Source: Amoebophrya sp. A120 (lineage: Eukaryota; Protista; Dinoflagellata). From it: a stretch of 64,000 nt of DNA. Below the pieces are notes generated by a model. The model worked only from the letters and a program-made list of their open reading frames with translations. It ran no database searches and had not been told where the DNA came from. Location of the stretch: the NCBI GenBank assembly GCA_905178155.1, contig CAJINV010000008.1, positions 186,001 through 250,000 of the forward strand. Direction: 5' to 3'. A program made the translations under genes and the position numbers. Positions 1 to 14,107 of this stretch are shown one piece after another. Position 1 is the stretch's first letter. The number at the start of each line of letters is the position of its first letter.

Positions 1-181
1 TCCAGGCTATCCACAGGGAAAAATGCAACTTTTTCTATCCTAATCCTCCGTAGCGAGAGGAAGCTTTTTATGATTATGTTCATGAACGCTGGTAACATCA
101 GCAGGAGCAGGCGTGTGACCATCCTGCGTCTGCCTTTGGCATTGCTATGTGACTCATCATGGGCCTGCAATACACAAGCAA

Positions 182-502
182 TTACTTACGCACGCAAAAA
201 ATATCATTGCATTTTCTCTTGGATAGGGACCTCACAAACGACCCCGCGTCTACCCCCATCAGTGTTTCCGTTTTCAGCACTTCCGTCCATGCCTTGTCTT
301 GCGCGCGGCGAGTGTATATCACCACTCTGGGGTTGCATTTCTTCCGCAAATCTTGCACGCGAACGTGAATTTCGACACGACTGGAGAGGTCCTGCTCCAG
401 CAGCCCGCCCTGCGTGGCCAGCTGCGCGGCCTCGGTCACCTCATCTATGTGGGCGGTGGCTTCCGCCTGGTTGCTCTTTACGGCTGAAGAGGCAGACCCC
501 AT
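182..502 (-). CDS. Copine-like C2-domain protein, first coding exon (gene continues off the left edge; exon probably ends near 210)
   Basis: MGSASS N-myristoylation-type start. SRVEIHVRVQDL..NPRVVIYTR..WTEVLKTETL..FVRSL resembles the copine C2A pattern (VELSISC.NL...DP..VLY...W.E.GRTE.I....NP.F). Confidence 0.6.
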   Translation of the reverse strand: MGSASSAVKSNQAEATAHIDEVTEAAQLATQGGLLEQDLSSRVEIHVRVQDLRKKCNPRVVIYTRRAQDKAWTEVLKTETLMGVDAGSFVRSLSKRKCNDIFCVRK

Positions 503-2119
503 CTTGTTCGGGGGCGAGAGCTATCCAACACGGACGACGAGGAGGCTCTTTCCGCCCGTCCTGCCAAACAAGTCTCGATGAAGCCTCGGCTTTCGCCGAC
601 GCTACTCCCCGCCGAAGCTGCTCCTCCGAAGTTGGAACTACTAGGAGAGCTGCAGGACGGTAAGCTATCTTTCGAAGGTCGCAAATAGAAATGCCTTTCT
701 TCAGTTGTCCTCGGGTAGAAGATTAAGACGCCGGGCACACACCGTGATTTATAATCTGGTGTTCAGGTGGTCGTGGAAGATACACGTCATGCTGCCTATC
801 GCAACGTCCGAAGCCATGTCGATGTTGCCGCACCTCCAAGGTGCTACTGCTATTCCAGAGCAGAGACGAGGACTCACTGCACGATGTTCGTCGGACGAAA
901 AGCAAAAGGATTAAAGCTCCTGCGGGCCGCAATTGTAGTCAACGAACGTCAAGAGCAGAGATACCGTCACGCATGATGCAGACAACACAACAAATCGAAA
1001 TCGATGGTAAATTGGGTCGTTCGCGATGTGCTACGTCTACTAACTTGAGTAGTCAGTCATAGTGATAGTGAATGGCTACAACGCCATAGCAATAGGAGAA
1101 TCAAGAAACAAAGTCGGTGCGCGTAGTACGCCTCTGCAATAGCTGCAAATAAAGCAAAACAAAAACTAGATGCAGCTAGAACATTTTCTCTTGCAATACT
1201 GGAGCTGTGTGTTCCATCTATGGGTGCACTGATGCTGCGAATCATCAGGAGAGAAGGTTTCCGAATTGACGACCTGTTTCTACACCTGTTGATACTTTAA
1301 ATCTATAAAAAAGGGCCTTTGCCCCCATTATAGAGGAACTCCATGCCTCTTCGGTTCAACTCACCATGTCCCTCTGCTGGTCATGTCTCCTGGTCCATGA
1401 GCATGACAATCAACGACAACTCTCACACATTGCCACTTCTTGAGTGGACCAATTGGTGCGAATAGGAATATGTACATGCGACGACTACTTGCGAATACTA
1501 TCAACTGTAACCCTTTCGTGACTTCCACTCACACTGACTCCGCCTCGACGCTAACAAATAACGATAATAATTTGTATAACCTCGTCCGTGATCGATCTTG
1601 ACCGAGTTTCACTACTTTTGTTTCGTGTTCTTCTGTTTTACTTCTCTCACAACTCTTCGATTGGGATTGCCTCGTCGTACACATTCAGAACACGGCTGCT
1701 GATGGATCGATGAGCTTCCCGCTGTACACTCAAGGAGCTGCATACAAACAATCAAGTCTAGCCCGCCGGGGTCATCCTCATCTAATTGTAAGGACATGAT
1801 ACCCGTCGCGGTTGATTGCGCTTGGCTTCGGTTTGCCATGAAGATGAAGCCTCGCCACGACGAGAATGTAGCTGAAAAAGAACAGAGAAAGGTCTGAAAT
1901 CTAGTTCATTTATTTTTGACATCGGTCGAGGAGTGACATTGACACGTCGCAGCACTGCCACAAATTTAGAATTTATTGAAGAACAAGGGCACGTTTTTAT
2001 AATAATTTCATCTGCATGTTCATACATGAATCAAGTACAACTGCAGGATGAGTCCGCTAGTGCGTATACCTTCAAAAGAACAGCTGCGATTACGTCCATT
2101 TTGTTTCACGTGGATATGA

Positions 2120-4990
2120 TCACGAAATGGTCGCGTCGCTCGTCGTCGTCTTTAGCAGCTTGCACAAATCGGCATATCTGGCGTCGGTTTTGTCAACAAA
2201 ATCGATTGCCCGCTTCTTTCCCTTTAGCTTGAAGTCCACATCTGCGCCTTTCTGCACCAAAATTGTGCACGCCTCGAGGTGACAATTTGCCGCCGCAGCG
2301 ATCAGAGGCGTCACCGGCTGCGGATCATTCAGGAAGCACGACAGTTCTTCGCACGCTTTTCGTGTTTGTGATTGTGGTGAGGATTTCCCAGCAGGGCGTG
2401 TGGTGGCAACATCAGTAGAGATGCTATCTTCACTCCTTTCACCAAGACTCTTCTGCGCCTGCTCCATCTTTGCAATCAGCAACGAGATCAATCCGACATT
2501 GTTGCTGCTGCTTGCCAATACCAGGGCACTCTTCCCGCAGGAAGGCACACACTGCAACAAAATTTTTTGGTTTTCGATTTCAAAGTGGTCGAGGAGCGCA
2601 CGGAGCAGCTTGGGCGACTGGCACCGCGTAACCGCGTTGAAGCCTTGGCAATCCTCCAGCAGCGGGTCGGCGTTGTGTTCCAGCAGGAGATTGACGACTT
2701 GTAGCTGCCAGGGCAGCGAGGGGTCATCGTCGTAATCGCGAACGGTGCTGATGGAAAATGTGCTTCCAGAGACAACATCTGGTCTGCCACCTTCTAGTCC
2801 TCCTGCTCCGGCAGAGCTTTCATTTTCGTTTTCTTGGAGCTCACCACCGCCCGCCGGCGCGCCTCCTTCGATATTATTAGACTTTGACGAGAAACAGGTC
2901 GTCGTCCCGATGTCAGCAAAACTCGCAGAGCTTGTGCAGGCCAGGACAAGGGTGGGCACGCGGGTACTTTGCTCGATTTTGTTGACGTCAGCGCGTCTTT
3001 GTCGAACCATTTTCTCGATGAGCCGAAAGGATCGGTTTTTGCGCACGGCGGCTGTGAGGGGAAGCTGGCTTCCCTCCAGGTTGACGTCTACAATGTCATG
3101 GTCCAGGATGCGTAGGGCGATGGAGTCTTCTTCCTGCGTAGCAAAAGAATCGTTTTCGGTAAGTTTTTTCTTGGCGAAAAGAGCGTTGTTCACAATAGCG
3201 GCAAGCAGTGGCGAAAAACCGTCGCTGCGACCGTCCCCGTCCGGACCTTCTGTGGAGCCCGCTTCCGGAAGTACATTCAGCAGATCCTTGCCTCCGCTGC
3301 TGTAAAGCAGCTCGAACATTTCCGCACTCTGGAACAAATTCATCGCCATGTGTCCATTGACAGAGCACTTCGTTAATTCAAATCCAAAAGAAAGCAGGAG
3401 CCGCACCGCAGGCAGGCAATTGGCGCGGACGGCGATGTGAAGCGGCGTCTCTCCGTTCAATGTCACAACATCGTTGACAGATCGGTAGTAGTTCGGCGCA
3501 ACTTTATCAACGGTTGGCGCGTCTGCGTTCTGTGCATCTTTTCTATTTTTCACTGCCTCGTCATCGTCTGTATCTGTTCTGCCCGCGGTGTCAACAGCAG
3601 GAGCGAGTAGTTGCTTCTTGTTCCTCTCGATCAAGTCCGTCAAGCCTAGCACCGCTGTGGAGATCAGCGCCACGTCTGCTTGCGCGGACCAGTAGTGCAA
3701 ACACGTCAGACCCGCGGCGTCCTCCCGAAACCCCCAGGGGTCCGCCTTACAGGCGATCAGCGTGCGGCAGATACGACCCGTGCCCTTCTGACAGGCGTAA
3801 AACAGTGCGTGATCGAGGGTCTTTTGCTTGATCGCGTCATTTATGCAGTGCCAAAGTATCGCTCTTGTGCTTCTACTTGCTCCGGTAGAAGGTGTTGTAC
3901 TACTATGGATTCCGATAGTCGGACGTAGTACAAGTTATTTTCTCAAGAAGTTGAGGTAGTGATAGTGCTCGTGAGGCGGGTAGACAAAAGCTCTTAATTT
4001 TGTCCCTCATGCAGAAACGCTTGCACTTCTAATTCTATATTCATACGCAGTTGTTGTAGAGTGCAGCTGCGATACTTTATTTGCAGCGCTGGATAGCGTT
4101 GGGCCAAGCTGCGTTGTTGATTAGGTACTCGATCACACCCACATCGCAGTCCTCACCGGCACTGGCCTGGGCAAGGGCCGAAAGCTCGTCTTCCACAACA
4201 GGGCGCAAGCTAGACGACGCGTCGTCGCTTTTGACGGTGGAGCTCCTTTTTTCACAATTCTCATCTACTCCTGCCTTGCCGTCATTGTCTTCCGCGGACG
4301 TAATATTCCGTGCCGTTTTTGTGGCTCCTCCGGCAACCGCAAGGTCAGTAGATTGCTTCCCCTCATTATTTCCCGTGGTGACTAGTCTGCGCGAATCGAC
4401 GCGCGTAGATGCATTGCGAAGAAGTCCACTGTTGCACGACTTGAGACGGTCCGTACATGAGTACACCTCAGCTTTGTGGTCGAGTAGCAATGTGATGACA
4501 GGACGAGCAGACACCGCGTACCGCAGGCTCAGCTTTAGGCACGAGCGCCCCCGTGGGTCCACCGCATTGGGATTCGCGCCTGAAGTAAGATCATGCACAT
4601 GCTGCAGATTGTTCATTCAATGCGACTACCGATTATAGCAAGTTAGTTCGACGTAGTCTTGGCAGCTGCAGCTTGCTGGTTTGACATACTGATACTATGT
4701 GAATGTGATTGATGCAGATATTCATTTATTATACCGTGCTTCAGAAGCTGTTCCACTAAGTCCTTCTGGTTTTCTTTGCACGCGAGACAGAGAGCCAAGT
4801 CTAGCGACAGCCCCCATTTTTCCACAAACGGCTGGAGCTCGTCGGTAATCAGCCCGCGGCAATTCGCCTCGAGATCCCTTTTGTTTTTGCGCGTCAGCTC
4901 GTCCTCTTCCTCATCTTGCAACAGCGTCGATGCTTCGGAGTTCAACCGACTCTCCAACTGCTGCCATTTCGCGTAGTCAGTAGGGCCCAT
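2120..4990 (-). CDS. Ankyrin-repeat protein, 3 exons (4990-4735, 4579-4083, 3844-2120; 826 codons including stop)
   Basis: Multiple ankyrin motifs (GETPLHIAVRAN, TPLIAAAANCHLEACTILVQKGADVD, LLKHGANPNAVD). A GT-AG intron at 4734-4580 joins KHG|ANPNA. The second intron is IR/DR-bounded. Exon lengths sum to a multiple of 3. Confidence 0.85.
3845..4082 (-). mobile_element. Introner-like intron (10-bp IR AAAGTATCGC, 5-bp DR CTGCA)
   Basis: IR arms at 3853-3862 and 4069-4078. Removal at the DR restores the frame (IQRC|INDAIKQ). Confidence 0.65.
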
Positions 4991-7125
4991 TTTATTCTTT
5001 ATTTTCCTTTTGTAGTTTAGGGGTGCAAGAGCAAGTTTTGTACGTATGTGTGAGTGTTTGTGATGCTGATGTCCTTCACCTTCTGGCAAAATTACATGTA
5101 TGTTGATCTTCCTTTGTGAACCCAGCACATTCCCGCTAAGCTTAAGACGACGCAATCAACCATTGAGCCCTTGGTGCACTGGAACTGAGTGTCCTCGAGA
5201 GGCTGCAGGTTCTTCACCTTACACAGCGGCACATAGAAAAAAAAGCGCGACAAAGCATCCAGCATCCCCATCCGGCGAGCCCACAGCAAAATCTGCGCTA
5301 ACTATATTGCGGCGAGCGAGGGCCTTTTTTTTTTCGTTGTCGCGGATCCGCGTGGAAGTAAAGACAAAAAAAGAAGAAAGACCAAGAAACGCAAACGAAG
5401 AAAATTCCTTTACTTATAGCTCGCCTTGCGTAGCGACGCGGAAAAAAGCAGGACGGGCATCAAGGATGCAACCCATTGCAGAACTTCGCATAAAAGAACA
5501 CTGCCGTTTCTTCATCTTTGTGGGACGAGAGCCACACAGGAAGCCAGTATGCGAATCAAATCAAATGTTGTGCTTCATCTTTTCTTATCTTTTCTTGTAT
5601 GCTTGATGAGTCAACATCCTGCTTTAGTGATTCTAATGTTTGGTACAAGGATCAATTTGCAAAGTAAAGATTCATCAAGCAGACAATGAAAATACTTGGC
5701 ACGAGTGAGCAGGTTCTTTCCGTTCCTCGACGCGTGGGATCATGAAGTGAAACGAAAATAGTGAAGAAGCAAAATAAGCGGTCGTCATGAAGACATCCAT
5801 AGCATTGCATCTTATGAACCAGAGCGCTGCTCCATCTTCGACCGCTCGCTGCGCGTTTGCGATGAACTGGACTGCCTCTACTACCGATACTTTGCTACAA
5901 TTATCGACTTTCTTCATAAAAGTGATTGAAGTCTTCAAATTTTTTTAGTAAATTCATTTCACCAAGAAGAGTGTAGATTTGTAAGAAGCCAAATTTCAAT
6001 CTATCGCATTTTTGCATTCAAATTCATCGTCGCACAAATAGAAAACTGTTCCGATATCAAAAAGCATTTTTTGATGACGCCACGGGCTCAGGCCCCTGGG
6101 TCCTTGCTTCTCAGCAATATGTTCATGTTCTTAAAATATCAGAAGAAAGATCAAAGCACGACGAGAAAAGAGATACGACAAATGTAGAATCTTATTGTAC
6201 AGATGTAAGTAGAAGCCTAGAAGGCTGCAATAAACGATAAACGTAGTAGAAGCTAAAAATACGTGCCAGCAGCTGCAGGTTGGAAATAGGCCGAAAACAG
6301 AAGATGATGTACAAAATTGATGTGGAGTGAAGATATATTTCGACTCGAAATATACGGCGGTATGAAAATTTTGTTACAGTTTTTTTTATTCAACAGAAAC
6401 AATACGAGCGAATTGATGAAAATAAGTAAACGATTAATTACGCTGCAAAGCGGCCGACCGCAATGCGGGTGAGCAATAAAGTGTAAGTGGAAGTGTATTA
6501 ATTAAGTGAATAAAATAAAAAAATTCGACAAGAGCAGTGCTCGCCGTCAAAGTTTATACTTTCTTCTGACAAGCACACCACGATCGTGGCGGCGGGTGTA
6601 AGCAGAACGCGTTCCGTTCGCATCTCGAAAGTATGCGCATGGAAGCGTTACTTACTGCTACGTGTACTACTTTCTACATTCACATAGGCCCACAAAATGT
6701 TGATGATTCAGGTGGTCGTGACTTGTAGTTGTAGTTCGTTGTACTACATGTAGAAGTTTTATTTCGCAGAGGAGACCTCCTTCATCGTAGTTACGGCCAA
6801 CTCTTTTTTGTAAACAGACCAAGCGACGAGGTGCAGAAGATGAAAAACTCTTGATAAACAATCGGAGCAACTCTTTTCGCTACTATCCGATCTGTCAGTC
6901 TGAGAATCACAAAAGTACATAAAGGTTTTACTTGCACCAAACAAACATTGATCTATAAAATTGTGAAACAGAAATAACTGCATAAACTGAAAAACAATTA
7001 ACGGCACAACACAATTCAATTTTTTCATTTGGAATAAATGAGTATAGAACACTGAGCAGCCAGGGCGTAGTTGGTAAAGCATAGCTATAAGCTGAAGGGC
7101 AAGTTGTACAACCTTCTCACTACCA

Positions 7126-10100
7126 TCAAATCCGACGCGCTTGTCCACGGCCACTGGGAACAACCACGGTGTGCACGTGGCTGGAATTGCGGAAGTTGCC
7201 GGCAAAGGTGTTTCCCGCACCCATATGATCCGAACGCGACCGGGCCAGGTTGCTGTTCGAAATGTCTTTCCAGGAATCTATCTTGGAGAGGGAAATCACA
7301 CCTAAACCCCAAGGTATCGGCTCCCCAGCCGACATTACCGACCTGAGAGAAGTTGTAGAGAAAAAAAATAAATGTCGGATTCTGTTGACTTCCGCAGCAG
7401 ATCTTCATGCAGTTCACATGCAATACAGGATGACTGAGCATCACGTTTTGCAATGTTAGTACCCATTGCTTCTGACCCCTAATTTTCTTACTCAGGACAA
7501 AAACTTGCACTTGGCGAAAACTTCATCCCGTTCCCGTCCGCAAATCGATATCGATCTGAACTCCCATTAGACCTAACTGGGAATAAAATTTGACAACTCA
7601 GGCTCACCTCTGCTCCACCATCATCGTGCTATTTTTGGCTGACGGCTGCATGGAGCCCTCACTTCTGAGCATGCCACGATGGTCCGTGCGCACGCGAGCC
7701 TTCAGCAGCCTGAGTCGATCCTTGATAGAGTGATCATACTCGACGGGCACTGCAGTCGTCCCGGAGGAAGGTGCTGACGCAATCGAGGTCGCCGAGGACG
7801 TAGTAGGCAAGCTCAGAGTTCTTGACGGCGGCTGGTGATGATGATGTTGAAGGTGCGACGCAGCGACAGCGTTGTGGTGGTGCTGCATGCTGTTTCCCGT
7901 GCTGTGATGAAACGGTGGCGGATGTTGAGACATCGATGTAGTAGCCCCACTAGTTGTACTGGCACCCGAGGCTAAAGTTGGCACAACTCCACCTCCGCCA
8001 GGAGCACCGCTGCCGCCCACAATGCCCGAAGATCCGCCCAAGTTCGTAGCCGACATGTTGTGTATCAAAGCACCCTGATACGAAGTGGATGAACTCACTG
8101 CGCCTGCTGGTCCGCCGTTTGATCCACCATGATGAAGGGCGCCGAAGCCTCCGGAGGAATAATGAGACTGGTTGTTCGCGGCCGTGAACCCGAAGTCGGA
8201 TGACAGGTAATTATGTACTTCTTCGGCCAGAGATGAGGTTGTCGTAGTGCCCATGCCGGTACGGGTTGCGCCTCAGTATCAAAGTGAAACGCCCCCCCTC
8301 CCCATATCAAAAACTAAACTTCTGCTGCAGCATTTGCGCACGCATCAAATGGATGCGGCCGCTATTCATGTAATGTAAGAACGCTCAGAATGCAAATAAC
8401 CTACTTAGGTTGATCCGCCTACTAGTATCCACGTCACTGAGTTCATTGGGGTACAAAGTTCAAAGGTTCACGAATCAGGCTAAGCCGGGCACATTCGTCA
8501 TGACTGTGCTGGTCATTTTTGTCATCTCTCTCGTGATCGATTTCATGGATTCATGCTGATTTGCTTGGATCTTGGCGGTGGGTCAACTGTGATTTGGGTC
8601 ATTTGATCCCTATGCCTACATGTAACTAAGGAACTGCAGCCAGATTCTCGGCCTGTTTGCGAGCGTAATGGTCTAGCTGTTTAGAAGCATAGGAAACGCC
8701 CGCCCTGCAGGCTCATCAGCGTGATAACTCGCCTCCATAATGCGGCGCGTCATGCCTTGGCGTTTGCCGTCTTGGTCTTGCAAGACAGAAAAAGAAATAA
8801 TTTGTGACAACAAATCTGCGTCACAAATTTTCAGAGCGATGTCTTTTCAAAAATATGGGAAGGGAGGACTTTTCCTCAAAATACTCCGCGACCCAACTTC
8901 GCAGGGGATCCCCGGTACTTGTTGGAAGGGTTTGGCGTTCCTGTGTGATGCTGCAGAAACCCGTTCATTTTCATCCCTGCATTTGTTCGATCACCTGTAT
9001 TTTTCATGTTTGCCAAGGGTCGCCTCCAAAACGAAGTCAAAGTACGGGGCATTGTCACAGCAGAACAAAAGTTAACGTGCTTTCGTCATATCTCCCTGCC
9101 ATGGCTTCGTTTTTGTTCATCTTGATATTACCATCTCCATCACTGTATTTGATGCCTTAAAAGGCATTGGCATTCTCTTTTTTTCCAAATCTTTCGAACT
9201 GCGGCACATCAAAGTAATCCAGGACTTCTTTACCTGCTGACCACGGATCCACCCCGAGGTGATTAATTCCGCTAGAGGAGTTGCTCGAAGAAGAGGACGC
9301 ACCGCTAGAAGAACCGCCACAAGTCGACGATGAGCCTGTGAATAATCATCGATGGCATGCAACGCAAAATTCACATTGATTTTTTTTTTCCCTCCCACGC
9401 CCGCCATTCTTTTGAGCATGCTTTTTACGAAAGACGAATATGTGAGTAACAGCCAAGTCGACGGCAAGAAGCAACAGACATGCTATTAGGGGTTAGTTAC
9501 TGCTCTTGGCGCCTCCTTTTGTGAACTGTTCGTCTCCGGGCTCGGAAAACGTGACACGACTACGAGCTCGACTGGTCGTTGAGCCCGAAACGCAACTCAA
9601 TCGGTCGTCCTCGCTCCTGGAACTTTTCAGAATCGGGGCTGGCATTTTTCGTGTGCCGAATATGTCGTAACCAATGTTGTAGTGGTTGTGCTGCGCCGCA
9701 GATGCGGGCGGAAACGTTGCGGAGCTGCTTCCTGTGATGCGAATGCGTATAGTAATTGCTAAATCATAATGAAAACAACAAGACGCACCTTCTTAATCTT
9801 ATTCTAGCAAGTATATTTTAGTCCGTCTCCTTGTTGTCTTTGATATACGCAAAATAGCAAGCATAGCAATACTCAGTGGAGCGACCACCGCTTCAGAATC
9901 AACATCGTCTTTTCTTACTCTTATGGCAAACGCGGACAACTTCTCACTGGCTCGGTCACGGGCTTTTTTATCGCGAGGAAATAAAAGGTAGCGCATCATC
10001 AAACCTTTGGTACCTTCTAACGTAGCTTGAATTTCTGGTGCATATTCCACAGTTCCCTCCTGATCATTCAGGTGTGGTAGTGGCAGGTCGCGTTCCTTCG

Positions 10101-12911
10101 CGACTTGGGTCCGGAGAATGTGCAGGCAGAACGGGTTGGTGTGGTTGTATTCTCTGGCACTTTGCAGAACCTGTTTGTTCCGACACTCTCGTATCCCCTG
10201 TAAAAGTACCGTACAACACGCAAAATCAAGTAAATCCCCAAACTCTTCATCTGTAGTATTTGACAAGAGCGACAAGTTTTTTTTCCTTTAGCTTCGTGTC
10301 GGCGAAGGTCAAGGTTGTAGCTATCATCTATTGAAGATTTTGCGTTTGTGCGATAAGTTTGTGTTTCATATCCCGAAGACAGACAGCTATTCCCTCGCCC
10401 AGCAACACTCCGACCCGCTCATCCTTGGTTTTGTCAAACCACTTCTGCAGCTTATTCGCGACTAGCTCAGGAAGGAGGAATGCGTGTGGGTCGTGGTCCG
10501 TCCGTGGTGCGCGATTCCCATTCCTGCTGTTAACACCTGCATAAGAGGATCTGCTACTGGCGTATGACAGCACAAACCCAGTCAAGATGGTCAGCAACGC
10601 CTCGCACTTTGCGCCGTTGCTGGTTGATGTCTCGAACTCCTCGAATATCAAGTGGGCCATCTGCTCTAATTCTGCGGTCGACGTCGTTGCACTGTGTGAC
10701 GAAGCCACTTGAAGTCCGCTCAACATCGCACCTGTCGTGCAAATTTGAATTTTAATTTTTCAACATATCATAAGTTGTTCGCATCATAATCAGAATGCTG
10801 GAGGCCATCATATAGAAGCTCGCGAAGTAATACAAGCTCGCGTGAGAAAGTTAAAGTTTCTCACCAAGTATCTTTGTGATGAGTTTGCTCGCTGTCTGGC
10901 GGATCACAAATTTGGCGTCCCCCAGTTTTTCGAATATTCTGGGAATGATGCGAGGAACGATTTTAAGTCCATTTTCCTTCAGTTCTCGTCTGCCGGGTGA
11001 TTGCATCGCAGTGGCCAGGTCCGGAGCAACCAAGTCGCCTATGATGTAAAACGTAGTCAGTGTCACCTTGAAGTGCGGAATCTGCAAAATTGCATCCACA
11101 AATTTCTTCAGCACATACGGGTCAGCCAAGGAAACGCAGGCACAGGAGACGCAGTCGAATCTGAGGTTCGTTAGTTTCACGTGTCTTCATGTTGTCCAAG
11201 CGTCGCTTGATGTCCCGCTTGTCAACACATCACTTCGATGTGAAGATCCACAATCAGCGAAAGTAGAACATACTTAAAATCAAAATCGAAGCTCAACATC
11301 ATGATGATGCACCGGGGTAGTTCACTAACAACCTGTGCAGCAACTGGATACCGTATATTAACCGTTACTATCTTGAAAGAGGTCATGGGAGAGCAGCAGG
11401 TACGAACAAGATCATATACTTTTACGTACGCTACAGCTAGTACTAGAACGTCCACATTTTTCACCACGTCCCGGAGTAACGCTAACGAATCTATGATACT
11501 TTAATTCTATAATCTATAAAGCTCATCATCTTCAACATCGTGTTGTACTCTTACCCTATTGGTGACCCGCCCAGAATTAGCTGGTGGACGTCTTCTAGCA
11601 ACTGCATGACCGCTGCGGTGTCGGGAGTCCGGAGCCGCTCGATAAAGTCCTCGGGAATGAGAAAAGGTCGTAGCCCAGCCGAATTTGCTCCGCTGTTAAA
11701 AGTACTACTGGAAGACTGCGATGTTCCAGCTCCTTGCAGATTCTGCAGCTCGTGCTGTTGGTTGGTGTGTTGCTGTCTCCCCGCAGACGCGGCGAAAGCA
11801 CTCCGCAAGGAGTCGTTGGAACCTTCAAAATCAAAACTACTGTCCAGCTGGGTCGAGGTAAAACTGGCATTCACACCTGCTGCTTGGCCGAGCGCGCCGC
11901 CGCCGCCGGTAGTCGCAGAGGGACCAACATTATTTGCTCGCGAATTCATAACTGGTGATAGTTTATTCTGATTGATGGAGGTCATCTGATGCGGTGCCGA
12001 GCCAAATCGCTGCAGATCGTGGTGATCAACCGGCAACATCGCACTCTGGTTTTGTGTGTGAACCTGGTGCAAGTTGCCGTTTAAACTAGCAGCACTGTGG
12101 GTCGCATGGTTGTAGCCATTCAGGTTAATTCCTCGCGGGTCGCTGCTGGTGCGGAAAAGACCTCCGCTCGCTGGTGGTTGTTGCATGCCGAAGGATCCGT
12201 CTCCTGGGAGCGCTTCGGCCTCCCGCTCCTCTGAATAATACGCAGCGAACTCCTCCCAAAGTGCGAGGGTTTGCTTGGCTGCCTGTTTCACCAGGTCACT
12301 GCTGTCACTCTCCAATGTTGTGCGGAGCGCGGCTTGCAGAATTTGCTTCTGCTGGGCGTTGAAGTTCTGCAAACTCTGCAGGGCCAATATTGCCTGCAGC
12401 CGCACCTGCCACTCGCCCCCCATGTTCTCCAGGCTCGCCAAGAACGCCGGCACCAAATACCTGAATCAAACATTTCAAGTAGAGAACAAGCACGTCTTCA
12501 TTGAAGTAGATGAAACCAGTGGAAGAGTCGCAGGCAAATAAATTAAAAACTGAACAACTTGACTGTGCCACAAAGAACGAAAGCAAAACACATTTATGTT
12601 TATCTACGAATATGTTGTCTTTACTCGGGCATGTCGAATGCGTTGAGGCACGAGAGGATGTGTGTTCTCAGATCCGCGGAGGTCGCTCCGAGCCGGTGCA
12701 CGAGTAGGTGCAGTAGTGATTGTGTCTCGACGCCATCGCTTTGCACAAAAATCTGGTATCGTGATGCGCTGGTGCTTGCCATGCGTGTCAAGAACTGAAC
12801 GCACGCCAGCTGCTGGTCCGCTTGGGTACTCAACAGTGCCTGCCGGCATCCTCTCCGGATCTCCGCAGGACCAGAACCTTCGAATTCCCGCATCCAATCC
12901 TCCACCATCAT
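7126..12911 (-). CDS. Large multi-exon TOG/HEAT-repeat protein with Ser/Gly/His-rich linker (CLASP/crescerin-like); 3' extent uncertain
   Basis: TOG-like HEAT segment PHFKVTLTTFYIIGDLV..IIPRIFEKLGDAKFVIRQTASKLI. Frame-consistent GT-AG introns at 12624-12461, 11554-11161, 10864-10732, 9872-9732, 9500-9336 and 7607-7573. Junctions around 8300-9100 and below 7126 are not resolved. Confidence 0.6.
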
Positions 12912-14107
12912 GCTTTTTTGCTGGAGGTGGTCCGGTTCTTGACCGAAGTTTATTTCCTTTTTGGAGAAAGCAAAAGCTGCGGCCGCCTGGTCCTGCTAGT
13001 TGCACCGAGAACGGAGGACTACGCTACGCATAGTGGGACTTGCATCCTCGTGCAGATTCCTCGCGAACCAAGGTGAATTTCACGACGGCGCCAACCCACG
13101 ACACCCTCCTTGTCGCTCCCGTCTTAGTCGTAGTGTAGGTTCTCCCTGCTCTCCCTGCCACTGCCGTGTCGCAGCCGGGTGCGTTTTCGCGTTCAATGAA
13201 GCCACTATGGCTATCTATGCTCCTACTGCCGACGTGGCTATTTCCCTACTACTAATCTTGCGCTTAGACGGCGGTAGTGAGGTGGAATAAGCAAGGAACT
13301 TCAACTTCTTTTCTACACTTCTTATTTCTCCGAAAAAATCTATCGTTGCACATCACTCTACCGCCTCTGTTGCCTCTATCGATTGCCAACCAAGCTGCAA
13401 TGCAAATGTCAATGTCGGAGTCGGCTGCAAAACAAGATGATATTCATAACCACAACCGATCCGATCGAAAACACCAAATGCGATAGTGAATGATCGGACG
13501 AGAGAAAGAATAGACCCACATGAACGACACTCTTCAGACTCCAGCTCGTTCGAAAAAGGATAAGAAAGCATACCATCGCGAAGTGCACGACTTCATGATC
13601 TCATCTCGCAATAAGTAGTTAAAAAATGCACCTACCTCCCGCCACGGGAGGTTCAAAAACCGCTTGCATTTTCAACAGATAACTCGACAACGAGCCCACC
13701 CCGATAACCCGGATCTTTCCCTCAATCAATGACTCCGTTCGCAGTTGTCCCGGTTCTTAACATTAAGATTAACGATGAGTGAGAATACCAAAGCAGCTCT
13801 CTTGATTCAAATCTGTACGGACTCGGAGATCAAGAAAGAGAAGAGCAGCGACCCGATGACGATTCATTACGTTTACAACGGTGCAATATTTGTACAAGAA
13901 CGAGAAGCAAGTACGAATACGTCACAGCTGATCTTCGCTTAGCAGAAAGCATGCTGCACGATTTTCATCCGCTTTTTCTTTTTGCTATATTTGGATTGTT
14001 TCATCTTAGCCGGGATTCAGTGCAGTTACGACCTGGACCGTGCCGACAACTCTGAGTATCGGGTTCGGAAGGATCTATAATTGTCTTCATAGAATTCAGT
14101 CGCTGCT

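Noticed and set aside
5675-7100. Further exons of the TOG protein or a separate gene
   Set aside because: Some coding-like fragments are present, but I could not build a consistent splice model.
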